Assembly (NCBI RefSeq): GCF_021378375.1
Contig: NZ_CP076228.1
Span: 180,001 to 212,000, forward strand
Direction: 5' to 3'
From: Wolbachia endosymbiont of Drosophila innubila
GTDB lineage: Bacteria > Pseudomonadota > Alphaproteobacteria > Rickettsiales > Anaplasmataceae
Length of the DNA: 32,000 nt
The position numbers were made by a program, and so were the translations under genes. Position 1 is the stretch's first letter. The number at the start of each line of letters is the position of its first letter. A model generated the notes under the pieces. The model was given only the letters and a program-made list of their open reading frames with translations, made no database searches and had not been told where the DNA came from. Positions 12,250 to 20,769 of the stretch are shown piece by piece.

Positions 12250-12594
12250 ATGAATACTTTTAAAGTGCGATTTTTCTCTCCTGATGATCAAATTTCATTC
12301 AGTGGAGTGGTTTCTCTTTCAGTAACTGGGCTCGAAGGGGAGCTTATGATTTTAGCTCACCATGCTCCTTACTTAATTTATTTATTGCCTGGTATGATTA
12401 CTGTTAAAATGAGTAACCAAACAGAAAAGAAGGTTGTAATTGATAGTGGCGTATTAGAAGTTGCAAATAATAATTGTAGCATTATAACAAGTCAAATTCA
12501 GGTTTTTGATCGTGCAATTCATGATGAGAAATCGTTTAAAAATAAGAGAATTAGTATATATTTAAGTTATCTTGATGAGAAGTTTCTTTCTTAG
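12250..12594 (+). CDS. atpC: F0F1 ATP synthase subunit epsilon
   Basis: A 114-aa ORF 12 nt after atpD. Its N-terminal beta-sandwich pattern (FKVRFFSPDDQISFSGVVSLSVTGLEGELMILAHHAPYL) is typical of AtpC. Confidence 0.9.
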   Translation: MNTFKVRFFSPDDQISFSGVVSLSVTGLEGELMILAHHAPYLIYLLPGMITVKMSNQTEKKVVIDSGVLEVANNNCSIITSQIQVFDRAIHDEKSFKNKRISIYLSYLDEKFLS

Positions 12595-12662
12595 TTATTT
12601 TAGGCAAAAAGTCAATTATCATTCAAGTGGCTATAAGATTTTTGCTCAGGGGGCTCTTTTTT

Positions 12663-12752
12663 GTCATCCCAGAAACCCCGGGGTGTCATCCCAGTGTCGG
12701 AGTACTTTAGGTGTATGATCCCAGAGTGTGATGGTATGGGACCATACACCTA
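12663..12752. repeat. Degenerate copies of the gtcatcccag-type palindromic repeat (family B) plus a 10-bp-stem hairpin
   Basis: The sequence carries tgtcatcccagaaaccccggggtgtcatcccagtgtcgg. It is followed by taggtgtatg (12708-12717) pairing with catacaccta (12743-12752). It lies about 70 nt downstream of the atpC stop. Confidence 0.6.
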
Positions 12753-12979
12753 ATCAAATAAAAATTAAAGAAGGAGAGTTGGTTGTAACGGTTGGAGATA
12801 ACGACTTTGTTTTACCTGGAATTTACGTTGGATAAACTACAAAAAATAACAGGTAAAAATCAACGTAAATTTAAGATAAATCGATTTTATTAGTATTATT
12901 AAATCAAAATCTGTTTTTAATTAATCAATAATACTTTTTACATATTTTCATCCCCTTTCATGGATTTTTAATTTTATAG

Positions 12980-13198
12980 ATGATATCTAATATTATTAGA
13001 AGCATTGTAAAATATCTTATGAGAAAAGTTATAAAATATATTAGCATTATTGGTATTGCATGTTTAGTATTGTTATTTTTTATATCTAATGTGGAAACAC
13101 GCGTAAAAACACAGGAAGAACAATTATTCCTAGCTGTAGAAGATGGTAATGCACAAGAAGTAAAACTATTACTCAAAAATGGTGCAGACCCAAATTGA
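12980..13198 (+). pseudogene. N-terminal fragment of a membrane-anchored ankyrin-repeat protein, truncated by an IS insertion
   Basis: The 72-aa ORF has a hydrophobic segment (YISIIGIACLVLLFFISNV). This is followed by LFLAVEDGNAQEVKLLLKNGADPN, a first ANK repeat consensus. The TGA stop (13196-13198) is formed by the first 3 nt of the IS left TIR (TGACC...). Confidence 0.6.
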
Positions 13199-14342
13199 CC
13201 TTACCCAGAAAAAGTAGAGAGAAAGTTAAGACGTTTTTATCATGAGAATAAATTGTGCAGGAATGCAATAGTTAATAGTAGAATGTCTACGTTATTTGTT
13301 ATAAAAGATTTCTATGTATTCAAATATGGCAGTTCTGGTTTGTTGAGCGAGAAGTATCAATAAGCAGCTCCCTTTTAAGTGAACTTTTCTGCAACAGAGT
13401 TATCGTAACAACAGCCCTTATGGCTCATGCTGGAAATGATGTTTTTTGTATTCAATAGAAATTGGTAATTTTGAGAGGTATACTGTGACCCTTGATCGCT
13501 ATGTAACAGCAGATTTTTATCGGGTTTGCGTTTATCAACGGCCATCAATAAAGAATCTATAACTAATTATCATGTTACTCATTAACCACCATGCGTGAAT
13601 ATAGGTCAATTATTGCCGCCAACAACCTTCTTTAGTTTTTATGTAGGTAATCCCAAACTTTATTTGGCTGATCAGTAGTAAAATTTTGATCCAATGTGTT
13701 CGGAGCCACAACTCGGTTGCTTATTTGCTGTTTTTTATTTTTGAACCTTCGTCTAAACTTGGCTTTAATGCCATTTTCTTGCATAACACTTTGTACTGTT
13801 TTAATTTTTGCCTAAAGCTTTTAATTCAGCGTGAATTTTAGGGGCTCCATATCTGCATTTAGAAGCTTGATGTATTTTTTGAATATCTGCTAGAAGCCCT
13901 TCTTTTGCTAATTCTTTACTGCTTTTTTCCTTAGCAACCCATACCACCAGTACAAAACCCTACATAGTTCCTGTGTTTTATAGCAATTTCTATATAAAAG
14001 AATACTTTACTCTTTTTCTTTGCCCAGGGCTTTTTTTAAGATGTCTCTTTCTCTTATTAGCTCTTTTTTTAGATCAAATCTTTCTTTGTCATAAGGAGCC
14101 TTTGCCTGGAAATGCGTATGCTCCAGACATTTTCCATTATATTTTCTTACTTAACATACTGCCATCTATACCTAGATCTTTTGCTATTTTTGTACTTGCT
14201 TGACCTGTTTCTTTAACCAGCTTAACAGCTTCTAATTTGAATTCTGCTGTATATTCTCTTCTATTTGTCATATTTTGAAAAAACGTTTTATTTTACTCCA
14301 AAAACGTCTTAACTTTCTCTCTACTTTTTCTGGGTAAGGTCA
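13196..14342 (-). mobile_element. IS3-family insertion sequence with a pseudogenised transposase (multiple frameshifts and stops) and perfect 43-bp terminal inverted repeats
   Basis: The left end tgaccttacccagaaaaagtagagagaaagttaagacgttttt equals the reverse complement of the right end (14300-14342). Minus-strand translation from ATG 14272 gives MTNRREYTAEFKLEAVKLVKETGQASTKIAKDLGI (IS3 OrfA HTH). Later fragments include YGAPKIHAELKALG, DQGSQYTSQNYQ, CYDNSVAEKF and FEYIEIFYNK, interrupted by many stops. Confidence 0.85.
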
Positions 14343-14376
14343 CTACTTGGATGACAGATAGTAGTGCGAAAGTCTC

Positions 14377-15087
14377 TTACAACTTACTTTTAATTAGTCT
14401 AACCCATGCGTGCCAATCCCTCTCACCAAGATTGCTTTCAAAAGATAGGAGATCCTTTACAGCTTTTGAGCAAATTTCTTCACTTGGAATTGATAACTCC
14501 TTATTCATTGCTAACGTTAAACATTGAGTTTTGCACGCTTGTTCTAAATGATACGAGTAAAACATTGCTTCTTGTATAGTCCGACCACACGTTATAGATC
14601 CATGATTACGCATTAACATGACAAAATTTTCTTTCAGATCAGCTATTAACCTCTTTCCTTCTGTATCGCTAAGTGCTAGGGAATTATAATTATGGTAAGA
14701 GATTTTATTGTAAAAGTGCAGTGCCCATTGACTTATAGGAAGCAGCCCATCTTTGAGAGAAGAAACCGCTACAATAGAAGGTGTATGCAAGTGAAAAATT
14801 GCTTGAATATCTTTCCTTGCTTGATAAACAAAACCATGAATTATATAGCCAGTTCTATTATATTGATATTCTTTGCCTTCAATTACATCTCCATCAAATG
14901 ATACTTTCATTAACGAACGTTCATCTACTTCATCAAAACGCATACCAAACGGATAAATATAAAACGACTTTTGATCTTCAGAACGCACTGAAAGGTGAGT
15001 ATATGTATGATCATCGAACTTAAGGTAGGACAAAATCTGATAGGCATAGACTAGATCCCTTTTTACTCTGCTCTTTGTTAACAACAC
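14377..15087 (-). CDS. Class II aldolase/adducin-domain protein
   Basis: The 236-aa ORF (GTG start) contains ...[13 protein letters not shown]... and ...[16 protein letters not shown]..., typical of the class II aldolase/adducin N-terminal fold. Confidence 0.85.
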   Translation of the reverse strand: MLLTKSRVKRDLVYAYQILSYLKFDDHTYTHLSVRSEDQKSFYIYPFGMRFDEVDERSLMKVSFDGDVIEGKEYQYNRTGYIIHGFVYQARKDIQAIFHLHTPSIVAVSSLKDGLLPISQWALHFYNKISYHNYNSLALSDTEGKRLIADLKENFVMLMRNHGSITCGRTIQEAMFYSYHLEQACKTQCLTLAMNKELSIPSEEICSKAVKDLLSFESNLGERDWHAWVRLIKSKL

Positions 15088-15367
15088 AATCCTCTGTTAG
15101 AATCTTCTGAAGGTTTATACGCGAAAAGAGACTTGTAGTAAACTAATAAGTCTATGCCACTCTGTCTTGCTTTCTGAATACCAAACACTTTTGTGTTGTA
15201 GCTTGCTTAAAAATAGTTATCGTTATTATAGAGTTTATATACAGAATTTATGTTTTTAAATTACATAATATCTTAACTGCAAAAGTAATTTTCTATATAA
15301 TATTTCATATGTTTTAAAGCTTCATTTTTATGTTATTATAAATGTAAGTTTCAAGATTGAAAATAAT

Positions 15368-15991
15368 ATGATAAATATTAACACAAAAAAACAGCCAGCA
15401 GGATTTTTCATATATCTCTCTGGTCTTTCGGGAAGAGGTAAACTTTCCACAGCAATAGAATTATCTAATATGATAAACGCATTAATTGTAAATAGTAAGT
15501 TCTATAACAATGTTCAAGCTTGCTCTATATACGATGGTGTCTTTGAACGTGATCAAATACCTAAAGAAGTTCAAGATAGAATATATGGCATTATGCAAAT
15601 TATGCTTCAGGTAATAGAAAATTATCCAATTCACTCAAAAAATTACATATTTATTGATGAGTTGATGGAAAATAATGACCAGAACATGAGGATGTATGAT
15701 TCAATAGTAAGGCTTAGTAAAAAAATGAACACAGAAATCCTTCCTGTGGTACTTAGGTGTGATCTACCGACATTACAAAAGCGTATTGCATTAAAAAGGC
15801 AAAGAAAAAATAGGAAGGTGATTAATCTAAATAGCATTGTAGAGAAATTTAGGACTGACGATTTATTTATACCACCAAGTGCCATAGAGATAGAAAATTC
15901 AGATATGAGTATAAAAGAAGTAGCTCAAGAGATAGTAAACCAGATGCACAAGCTTAGTAACATTGCATGTACGCGAAAGAATAGTCTATAA
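15368..15991 (+). CDS. Hypothetical P-loop kinase-like protein (AAA_33/shikimate-kinase-like layout) with an atypical Walker A
   Basis: The 207-aa ORF has FIYLSGLSGRGKLSTA (GxxxxGK followed by L rather than S/T), a Walker-B-like YIFIDEL and a basic lid-like segment LQKRIALKRQRKNRK. The family assignment is tentative. Confidence 0.45.
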   Translation: MININTKKQPAGFFIYLSGLSGRGKLSTAIELSNMINALIVNSKFYNNVQACSIYDGVFERDQIPKEVQDRIYGIMQIMLQVIENYPIHSKNYIFIDELMENNDQNMRMYDSIVRLSKKMNTEILPVVLRCDLPTLQKRIALKRQRKNRKVINLNSIVEKFRTDDLFIPPSAIEIENSDMSIKEVAQEIVNQMHKLSNIACTRKNSL

Positions 15992-16561
15992 TGATTTCAT
16001 ATACTGAGGCTCATTTAAATATAGAGCTTCAACTTCATTTAATTTTTGCTTGTTCTCTAATCTATAACGGACTAATAGCCCTGCATGGCTAGCATTTAAA
16101 TTGCAATCCATATGTGTACTGCTTGTAGCGTGACACTGGGATCCAGGTGCAGATAGTGGCAATAAATTGAAATCAAATAACTGCGTATAAAACCCTTGAG
16201 CATTTTTGACTATAGCTCTGATATTTTTTTTGTTATTCGTACAAAGCAAAGATATTGCGTAGGCTTGAACTTCCAGCGCATTAACTCCGTATAATGGCTT
16301 ATTTGTAGCAAGATTTATACCTTGTGCAGCTGATATACCAACTCTAATTCCAGTGAAACTTCCTGGTCCAACTACTACCACTAAATGATCTATTTTATCA
16401 TAATTATAGTTGTGCTTATCAAACAAAGTATTCAGAATTTGAAAAAATGATTCTGCATGATTGTTGCTGGCGGAATTGTGCTCTACAAAACAGTTACCAT
16501 CATAATCAACTATTGCTATTGAACTACCAATACCTACAGTATCAATCGCTAAAATAGACAT
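15986..16561 (-). CDS. tsaB: tRNA threonylcarbamoyladenosine biosynthesis protein TsaB (YeaZ family)
   Basis: Contains MSILAIDT...SSIAIV and LVVVVGPGSFTGIRVGISAAQGI, the diagnostic TsaB motifs. Its start overlaps the upstream gene stop by 1 nt (TAATG). Confidence 0.85.
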   Translation of the reverse strand: MSILAIDTVGIGSSIAIVDYDGNCFVEHNSASNNHAESFFQILNTLFDKHNYNYDKIDHLVVVVGPGSFTGIRVGISAAQGINLATNKPLYGVNALEVQAYAISLLCTNNKKNIRAIVKNAQGFYTQLFDFNLLPLSAPGSQCHATSSTHMDCNLNASHAGLLVRYRLENKQKLNEVEALYLNEPQYMKSL

Positions 16562-17724
16562 TACTTAAGCTTATCATAGAGTTTTGTAAACATTATAGCA
16601 AAGGCACCATTACCCATAACGTTTGCTGAAGTGATTATTGGATCAAACACTATATACAGTGCTGTGATTAACGAAAGCATTTCTGGAGAAAATTTGAGGT
16701 ATTTCTCAAGAATAGGTAGCATTACCATAATTCCTCCTGCCGGAACTGCCACGATAGCAAACTTAAATAACAAAAAATAGAGAAGGAAAGTTACATAGTC
16801 TGTTGTGCACAATGAATAACCGGAGGCAATTATCATTGATAATATTATAATAAAAAAGCAATCACCTACTAAATGAAAGCTAGCAGTTATTGGCACAACA
16901 GACGATGCTATGTCAGGTTGCTTTACATTTTTTTTGCTTCCTTCAAGAGTAAGCGGCATAGTTGCATTACTAGACATTGTGCTCATTGCAGTAATAAATG
17001 CCGGTATCATATTGCCTATACTAGCTATCCAGCTTGTGATCTTGAATGAATTTGCTGCTCCATATAAGAGGAAAACATAAAGGTAGGTTGCAGATGCTAT
17101 AATAATGAAAATTATTGAGTAATCCTTAAATATTATAGATAAAACTTGATCATGCTGCATTTTTAAAGCAAGCCCAAGTACAAATATTGGAATAATCGGC
17201 GTCAAAAACGTCTTCAAAATAAAGAGAGTTAAATCTAACATTTTGTTCGAAAGCTCTCTGCTTTTTTTGGGTAGCAGTGTGGACACTACTATGCTGGACA
17301 CAAATCCACAAGCAAGGGCATAAAAATTAGAAAGCAATGCAGGCAGTCTAAACGACCATAAGGGAACAATTGTTTCTTCATACGTTATATCTTGTATTGA
17401 ATAAGTGTTTTGTATGATAAAATGCCCAACAGAATAAGCTATTAAACTTGAAGCCAGATTCGATAAGAAGATCATTATAATAAGTAACAATATGAACTTT
17501 ATAGCTGACTGCTTAAGATTGTTAACACTGCTAAAGATTAACGCAAAAATAATAAAAGGCATTATAAATAGCAAAACCTCTTTTATACTAAGGCTCGTTG
17601 AGTACAAGAAGGTTTTTACTTCCATTGGAACTAAATGACCAAAGAATGCAGCTGAAGTGATGACCGTGAGTAAGATTAATAGTTGTAGCACGTTCTTATA
17701 TACCAATGTCCTATGGACATACAT
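16561..17724 (-). CDS. Dicarboxylate/amino acid:cation symporter (DAACS/GltP family) transporter
   Basis: A 387-aa polytopic membrane ORF with a TAMSTMSSNATMPLTLE hairpin-loop motif (SSxATxP type) and VPAGGIMV...FDPIITSANVMGN, typical of SDF-family transporters. Confidence 0.85.
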   Translation of the reverse strand: MYVHRTLVYKNVLQLLILLTVITSAAFFGHLVPMEVKTFLYSTSLSIKEVLLFIMPFIIFALIFSSVNNLKQSAIKFILLLIIMIFLSNLASSLIAYSVGHFIIQNTYSIQDITYEETIVPLWSFRLPALLSNFYALACGFVSSIVVSTLLPKKSRELSNKMLDLTLFILKTFLTPIIPIFVLGLALKMQHDQVLSIIFKDYSIIFIIIASATYLYVFLLYGAANSFKITSWIASIGNMIPAFITAMSTMSSNATMPLTLEGSKKNVKQPDIASSVVPITASFHLVGDCFFIIILSMIIASGYSLCTTDYVTFLLYFLLFKFAIVAVPAGGIMVMLPILEKYLKFSPEMLSLITALYIVFDPIITSANVMGNGAFAIMFTKLYDKLK

Positions 17725-17819
17725 ATGGTAAGTTAGTTGTTAAGTAAAGCAAAACTGTCTAAACTGCACAGCAAATGGTGTAATGAAAGTGGAATGACAA
17801 AAAAGAGTGAAATTAGCAT

Positions 17820-18809
17820 TCACTTATTATTCGTGTCATTTTCAGTAAAAGCTTCTTCCCACGTGCCTTGAGTTGCTGCGCGGCTATACTCTGTTACTCT
17901 ATTTTCAAAGAAATTCGTATGTTCAACGCCATTTAGTATTTCATCAAGCCACGGAATAGGATTATCATTGACATCATATATGGACTCAAGACCTAATTGC
18001 ATTAACCGTCTGTTTGCTACGTAGCGTATGTAATTGCGCACTTCTTCTGCGGATAGTCCTTCAACATCTCCTAAATCAAAGGCAAGCTTTATGAATTCGT
18101 CCTCAAGTTCAACGATGGTGCGACATGCAGAATATAATTCCTCTTTAAACTCGTTGTCCCAAATTTCATTATTCTCTTTAATAAATGTATTAAATAACAT
18201 GATAATTGAATTGGTGTGCAAAGTTTCATCACGGGCTGACCAGGCGATTATCTGCCCCATTCCTTTCATTTTTCCAAAACGTTGGAAATTGAGCAAAATT
18301 GCAAATGATGCAAATAACTGCAACCCTTCAGTGAATGCACCAAACACTGCTAGAGTTTTAGCTACATGTTTTTTATCGTGTTTTTTGCTTTCCTCGAATT
18401 CTAACATATATTCATATTTCTTTCTCATAGCATCATACTTTAAAAATGCTTGATACTCACTTTCTGGCATGCCAATTGTGTCTAAAAGATAAGAATAAGC
18501 TGCAATGTGTATGGTTTCCATATTGGAAAAGCTTGCAAGCATCATGCATATTTCTGTTGGCTTAAATATATTTGAATAATGCCTCATGTAGCAGTTATTT
18601 ACTTCAATGTCTGCCTGAGTAAAAAATCTAAAGATCTGGGTTAGTAGATTTTTTTCTACACTTGAAAGTTTAGTTTTCCAATCCTTCACGTCATCAGCGA
18701 GCGGAACTTCTTCAGGTATCCAATGGATTCTTTGTTGCTGCAGCCACGCATCATACGCCCAAGGGTAATTAAAAGGTTTGTATATTGGATCTGCTTCTAA
18801 CAATGACAT
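17820..18809 (-). CDS. nrdB: Ribonucleoside-diphosphate reductase beta subunit
   Basis: The 329-aa ORF has two ExxH di-iron motifs (NMETIHIAAYSY; ARDETLHTNS) and the ferritin-like R2 layout. Confidence 0.95.
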   Translation of the reverse strand: MSLLEADPIYKPFNYPWAYDAWLQQQRIHWIPEEVPLADDVKDWKTKLSSVEKNLLTQIFRFFTQADIEVNNCYMRHYSNIFKPTEICMMLASFSNMETIHIAAYSYLLDTIGMPESEYQAFLKYDAMRKKYEYMLEFEESKKHDKKHVAKTLAVFGAFTEGLQLFASFAILLNFQRFGKMKGMGQIIAWSARDETLHTNSIIMLFNTFIKENNEIWDNEFKEELYSACRTIVELEDEFIKLAFDLGDVEGLSAEEVRNYIRYVANRRLMQLGLESIYDVNDNPIPWLDEILNGVEHTNFFENRVTEYSRAATQGTWEEAFTENDTNNK

Positions 18810-18940
18810 AAGACACCTATTATTTTCTAAAGTAAATATTATATTAAGTGATATTGAGAATCAGTCAATTTAACTTTTTTGAAATTTGACGGCAGATAAT
18901 TTATTAGTGTATTATAGCTTCAAGTAATTTATCAACAGAA

Positions 18941-19279
18941 ATGCGAGTATTAATATCTTTTATTTTATTATTTACAGTGAGCTGCACTCACACTATTCAC
19001 AATCACGGAGCTCCTGGCATTAGTGTTGAATTGTGGAGCAAGATAAAAGTAGGTGACGATAAAGAAAAAGTGGTTCACACTTTAGGATCACCAACATTAG
19101 TATCAAAGTTCGATGACAATGTTTGGTACTATGTCTCATATAAAATTAAACAAGCCAATTTTTTAGGAAAAAGGAAGTATAGTAGTAAGTCTCTGCAAAT
19201 TTCATTCGACCAGGACGGTAAAGTTGAAGATACAAAAGAAACTGACATCTTAGAGAGATCTTTTGCTGTTTCTGATTGA
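18941..19279 (+). CDS. bamE: Outer membrane protein assembly factor BamE (SmpA/OmlA lipoprotein)
   Basis: The 112-aa ORF has a signal peptide with lipobox LFTVSC. Its SmpA/OmlA-like core is ELWSKIKVGDDKEKVVHTLGSPTL...DNVWYYV. Confidence 0.8.
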   Translation: MRVLISFILLFTVSCTHTIHNHGAPGISVELWSKIKVGDDKEKVVHTLGSPTLVSKFDDNVWYYVSYKIKQANFLGKRKYSSKSLQISFDQDGKVEDTKETDILERSFAVSD

Positions 19280-19391
19280 AAGTTTGCTCAGATCTTCCTA
19301 CGTCATACCGCGGTTCATTCCATAACTGTACGAACATTGCGATTTGGGCCTACCAGAAGGGTGTCATGAAAGTAGCTGACACTAGTTCCTT

Positions 19392-19881
19392 TATGACGGC
19401 AGTGCCCAGACTACTTGGATCCAGGAAACTTAATTGCAAGTAATGCATTGGGTTTGGTAAGTATGGGTTTTGCGTTATAGAATGAAGCACTTTTGGTGAA
19501 TTTGTAAAGAAAACTGGATCCCAGTGGGCTTTGTTGCATCGCTAGCTATGATGGATTAAAGATAAAAAAGATAGGGAATATCAGTAGCTTATTATTCTGG
19601 TATTTATAACAAGAACGGTCAATGAATACCTAAATTTGAGTAAAAGAAATTTCACTACCATTTACCAATCCGGCTAAAATTCAAGAATTTCAATGCTTTA
19701 GCTATTTTCAATAGAATTAAATTTATTAATATAAATAACAAATTACTATTCTTAAATTTGATCAGATTGATTGCAAAAAAACAAGATTTTCAATAAGTTG
19801 CTTATAATCCTAACTATAGTTAGCCTTTCATAAGTAGCGATGTAACAAAGCCATCCCAGTGTCAAGCACTGGGATGACACC
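19392..19881. repeat. Full-length family-B palindromic element, interrupted by the nested element at 19527-19852
   Basis: The left module cagtgcccagactacttggatccaggaaac and the right module gaaaactggatcccagtg[insert]tcaagcactgggatgaca are collinear with the uninterrupted copy at 22934-23069. Confidence 0.6.
19527..19852. mobile_element. 326-bp non-coding MITE-like element with 18-bp imperfect TIRs and a 9-bp target-site duplication
   Basis: TIR ggctttgttgcatcgcta (19527-19544) matches the reverse complement of tagcgatgtaacaaagcc (19835-19852) at 17 of 18 positions. It is flanked by direct atcccagtg at 19518-19526 and 19853-19861. The interior is AT-rich with no ORF. Confidence 0.65.
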
Positions 19882-19976
19882 ATTTGTTGTAAACTCACTT
19901 TTACTCTATGGTTATACTACCTTGCTGCTATTCTGAACGGATACAGTGGGCTTATTAAATTATAGAATTACTTTAG

Positions 19977-20597
19977 CTATAGAATAAAATCTAGTGTTAC
20001 TTCACGCCAAATGTGGTGGTGCTGAGTAGGCAAGCCGGTCAATGGGCTACATTTATATACTGCACGCATTGCATTATCTGCTATCGACCTGAAAAGTGGA
20101 TTATTTCGATAGGAATCACTGTCTGCTACATCCGCCATAATTATCTCGCCTTGACTGGATAACAATAAGTTAATTTTTATATTAAAATTTTCTTTGTAAG
20201 CTATGCTTTCAGGAATGCTCCAGCATTTTGTGAGCTTGTCTCTTATAGAGTTAATAATTTCTGTTACAACTAATTCATCCTTTTTGCTCTCAACGCTTTT
20301 TTCGTTTCCTATTTCATTTTTTGCCCCTCTAACATCCCTTCTTAGTTTTTTCTCTACACTTTTTTTTCTTTTTGGAATTGGAATGAATTCTTTACCCTCG
20401 TTAATAATGACTTCTTCTTGCATTTCGATAATTTGCCTCGGTTGTGCTACAACAGTGTGCTCAACTATTTCTTTTTTCCTTTGTGGTATAGGAACAGCTA
20501 ACGTATCATTCGTTTGGGCTTTTGTTGAAGATAACGAAAAAAGCAAAAAACAACATAAAGACAAAAAAAGAATATAATTCGAATAGAAAAAACGCAT
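19977..20597 (-). CDS. Secreted or periplasmic protein with a TolA/TonB-like C-terminal domain
   Basis: The 206-aa ORF has an N-terminal signal/anchor (ILFLSLCCFLLFSLSSTKA). A charged linker carries a duplicated motif (VPIPQRKKEIVEH / IPIPKRKKSVEKK). The C-terminal region is KCWSIPES...NIKINLLLSSQGEI...SIADNAMRAVYKCSPLTGLP, like the TolA domain III / TonB_C pattern. Confidence 0.5.
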   Translation of the reverse strand: MRFFYSNYILFLSLCCFLLFSLSSTKAQTNDTLAVPIPQRKKEIVEHTVVAQPRQIIEMQEEVIINEGKEFIPIPKRKKSVEKKLRRDVRGAKNEIGNEKSVESKKDELVVTEIINSIRDKLTKCWSIPESIAYKENFNIKINLLLSSQGEIIMADVADSDSYRNNPLFRSIADNAMRAVYKCSPLTGLPTQHHHIWREVTLDFIL

Positions 20598-20769
20598 ATG
20601 TTAAGCAGCTTGTTTTACTGGTTTAAAGCTAATATTGCACGTAAAGTCAATATATTTTAGTTGATGGACGAGTTTGAAGTCAATAAGGAATCCCTTCAAA
20701 GCTGAAGGCAAGCGGAAGATTGTCTTCTCGACAGACAAAGGAATTGTATAATGGATTAAAAGGAATCGT

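Noticed and set aside
12728-12835. Short frame ending ..IKEGELVVTVGDNDFVLPGIYVG*, reminiscent of a MreC-like C-terminus and possibly a gene remnant
   Set aside because: Only ~35 codons are open, beginning inside a repeat hairpin. The similarity rests on a loose G-x-V-T-x-G...P-G pattern from memory and is not sufficient to call a pseudogene.
12958-13176. 72-aa minus-strand ORF
   Set aside because: It is antisense to the ankyrin-fragment ORF, which has a recognisable ANK consensus. The minus-strand product is low-complexity with no motifs.
13973-14203. 76-aa plus-strand ORF inside the IS
   Set aside because: It runs opposite to the recognisable (decayed) IS3 transposase frames. It is Leu/Phe-rich and arises as the complement of Lys/Glu-rich coding sequence.
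14341-14366. Hairpin cactact-N12-agtagtg, considered as a rho-independent terminator of the aldolase-family gene
   Set aside because: The stem is only 7 bp with a 12-nt loop and there is no downstream U-tract on the minus strand. It also overlaps the last 2 nt of the IS TIR, so it may be incidental.
18034-18453. 139-aa plus-strand ORF
   Set aside because: It is antisense to nrdB, which has both ExxH di-iron motifs. It is a serine-rich shadow ORF.
19146-19337. 63-aa minus-strand ORF
   Set aside because: It overlaps the bamE 3' end in antisense and runs into repeat sequence. It has no support.
20203-20577. 124-aa plus-strand ORF
   Set aside because: It is antisense to the TolA-like gene. Its Ser/Phe/Leu-rich composition mirrors the Lys/Glu-rich linker on the other strand.
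20690-20745. Small hairpins (ccttca-aagc-tgaagg; tgtct-N7-agaca) in a locally GC-richer patch upstream of the YhcG gene, considered as a possible riboswitch or leader
   Set aside because: The stems are only 5-6 bp and I recognised no riboswitch consensus. The evidence is too weak to call.
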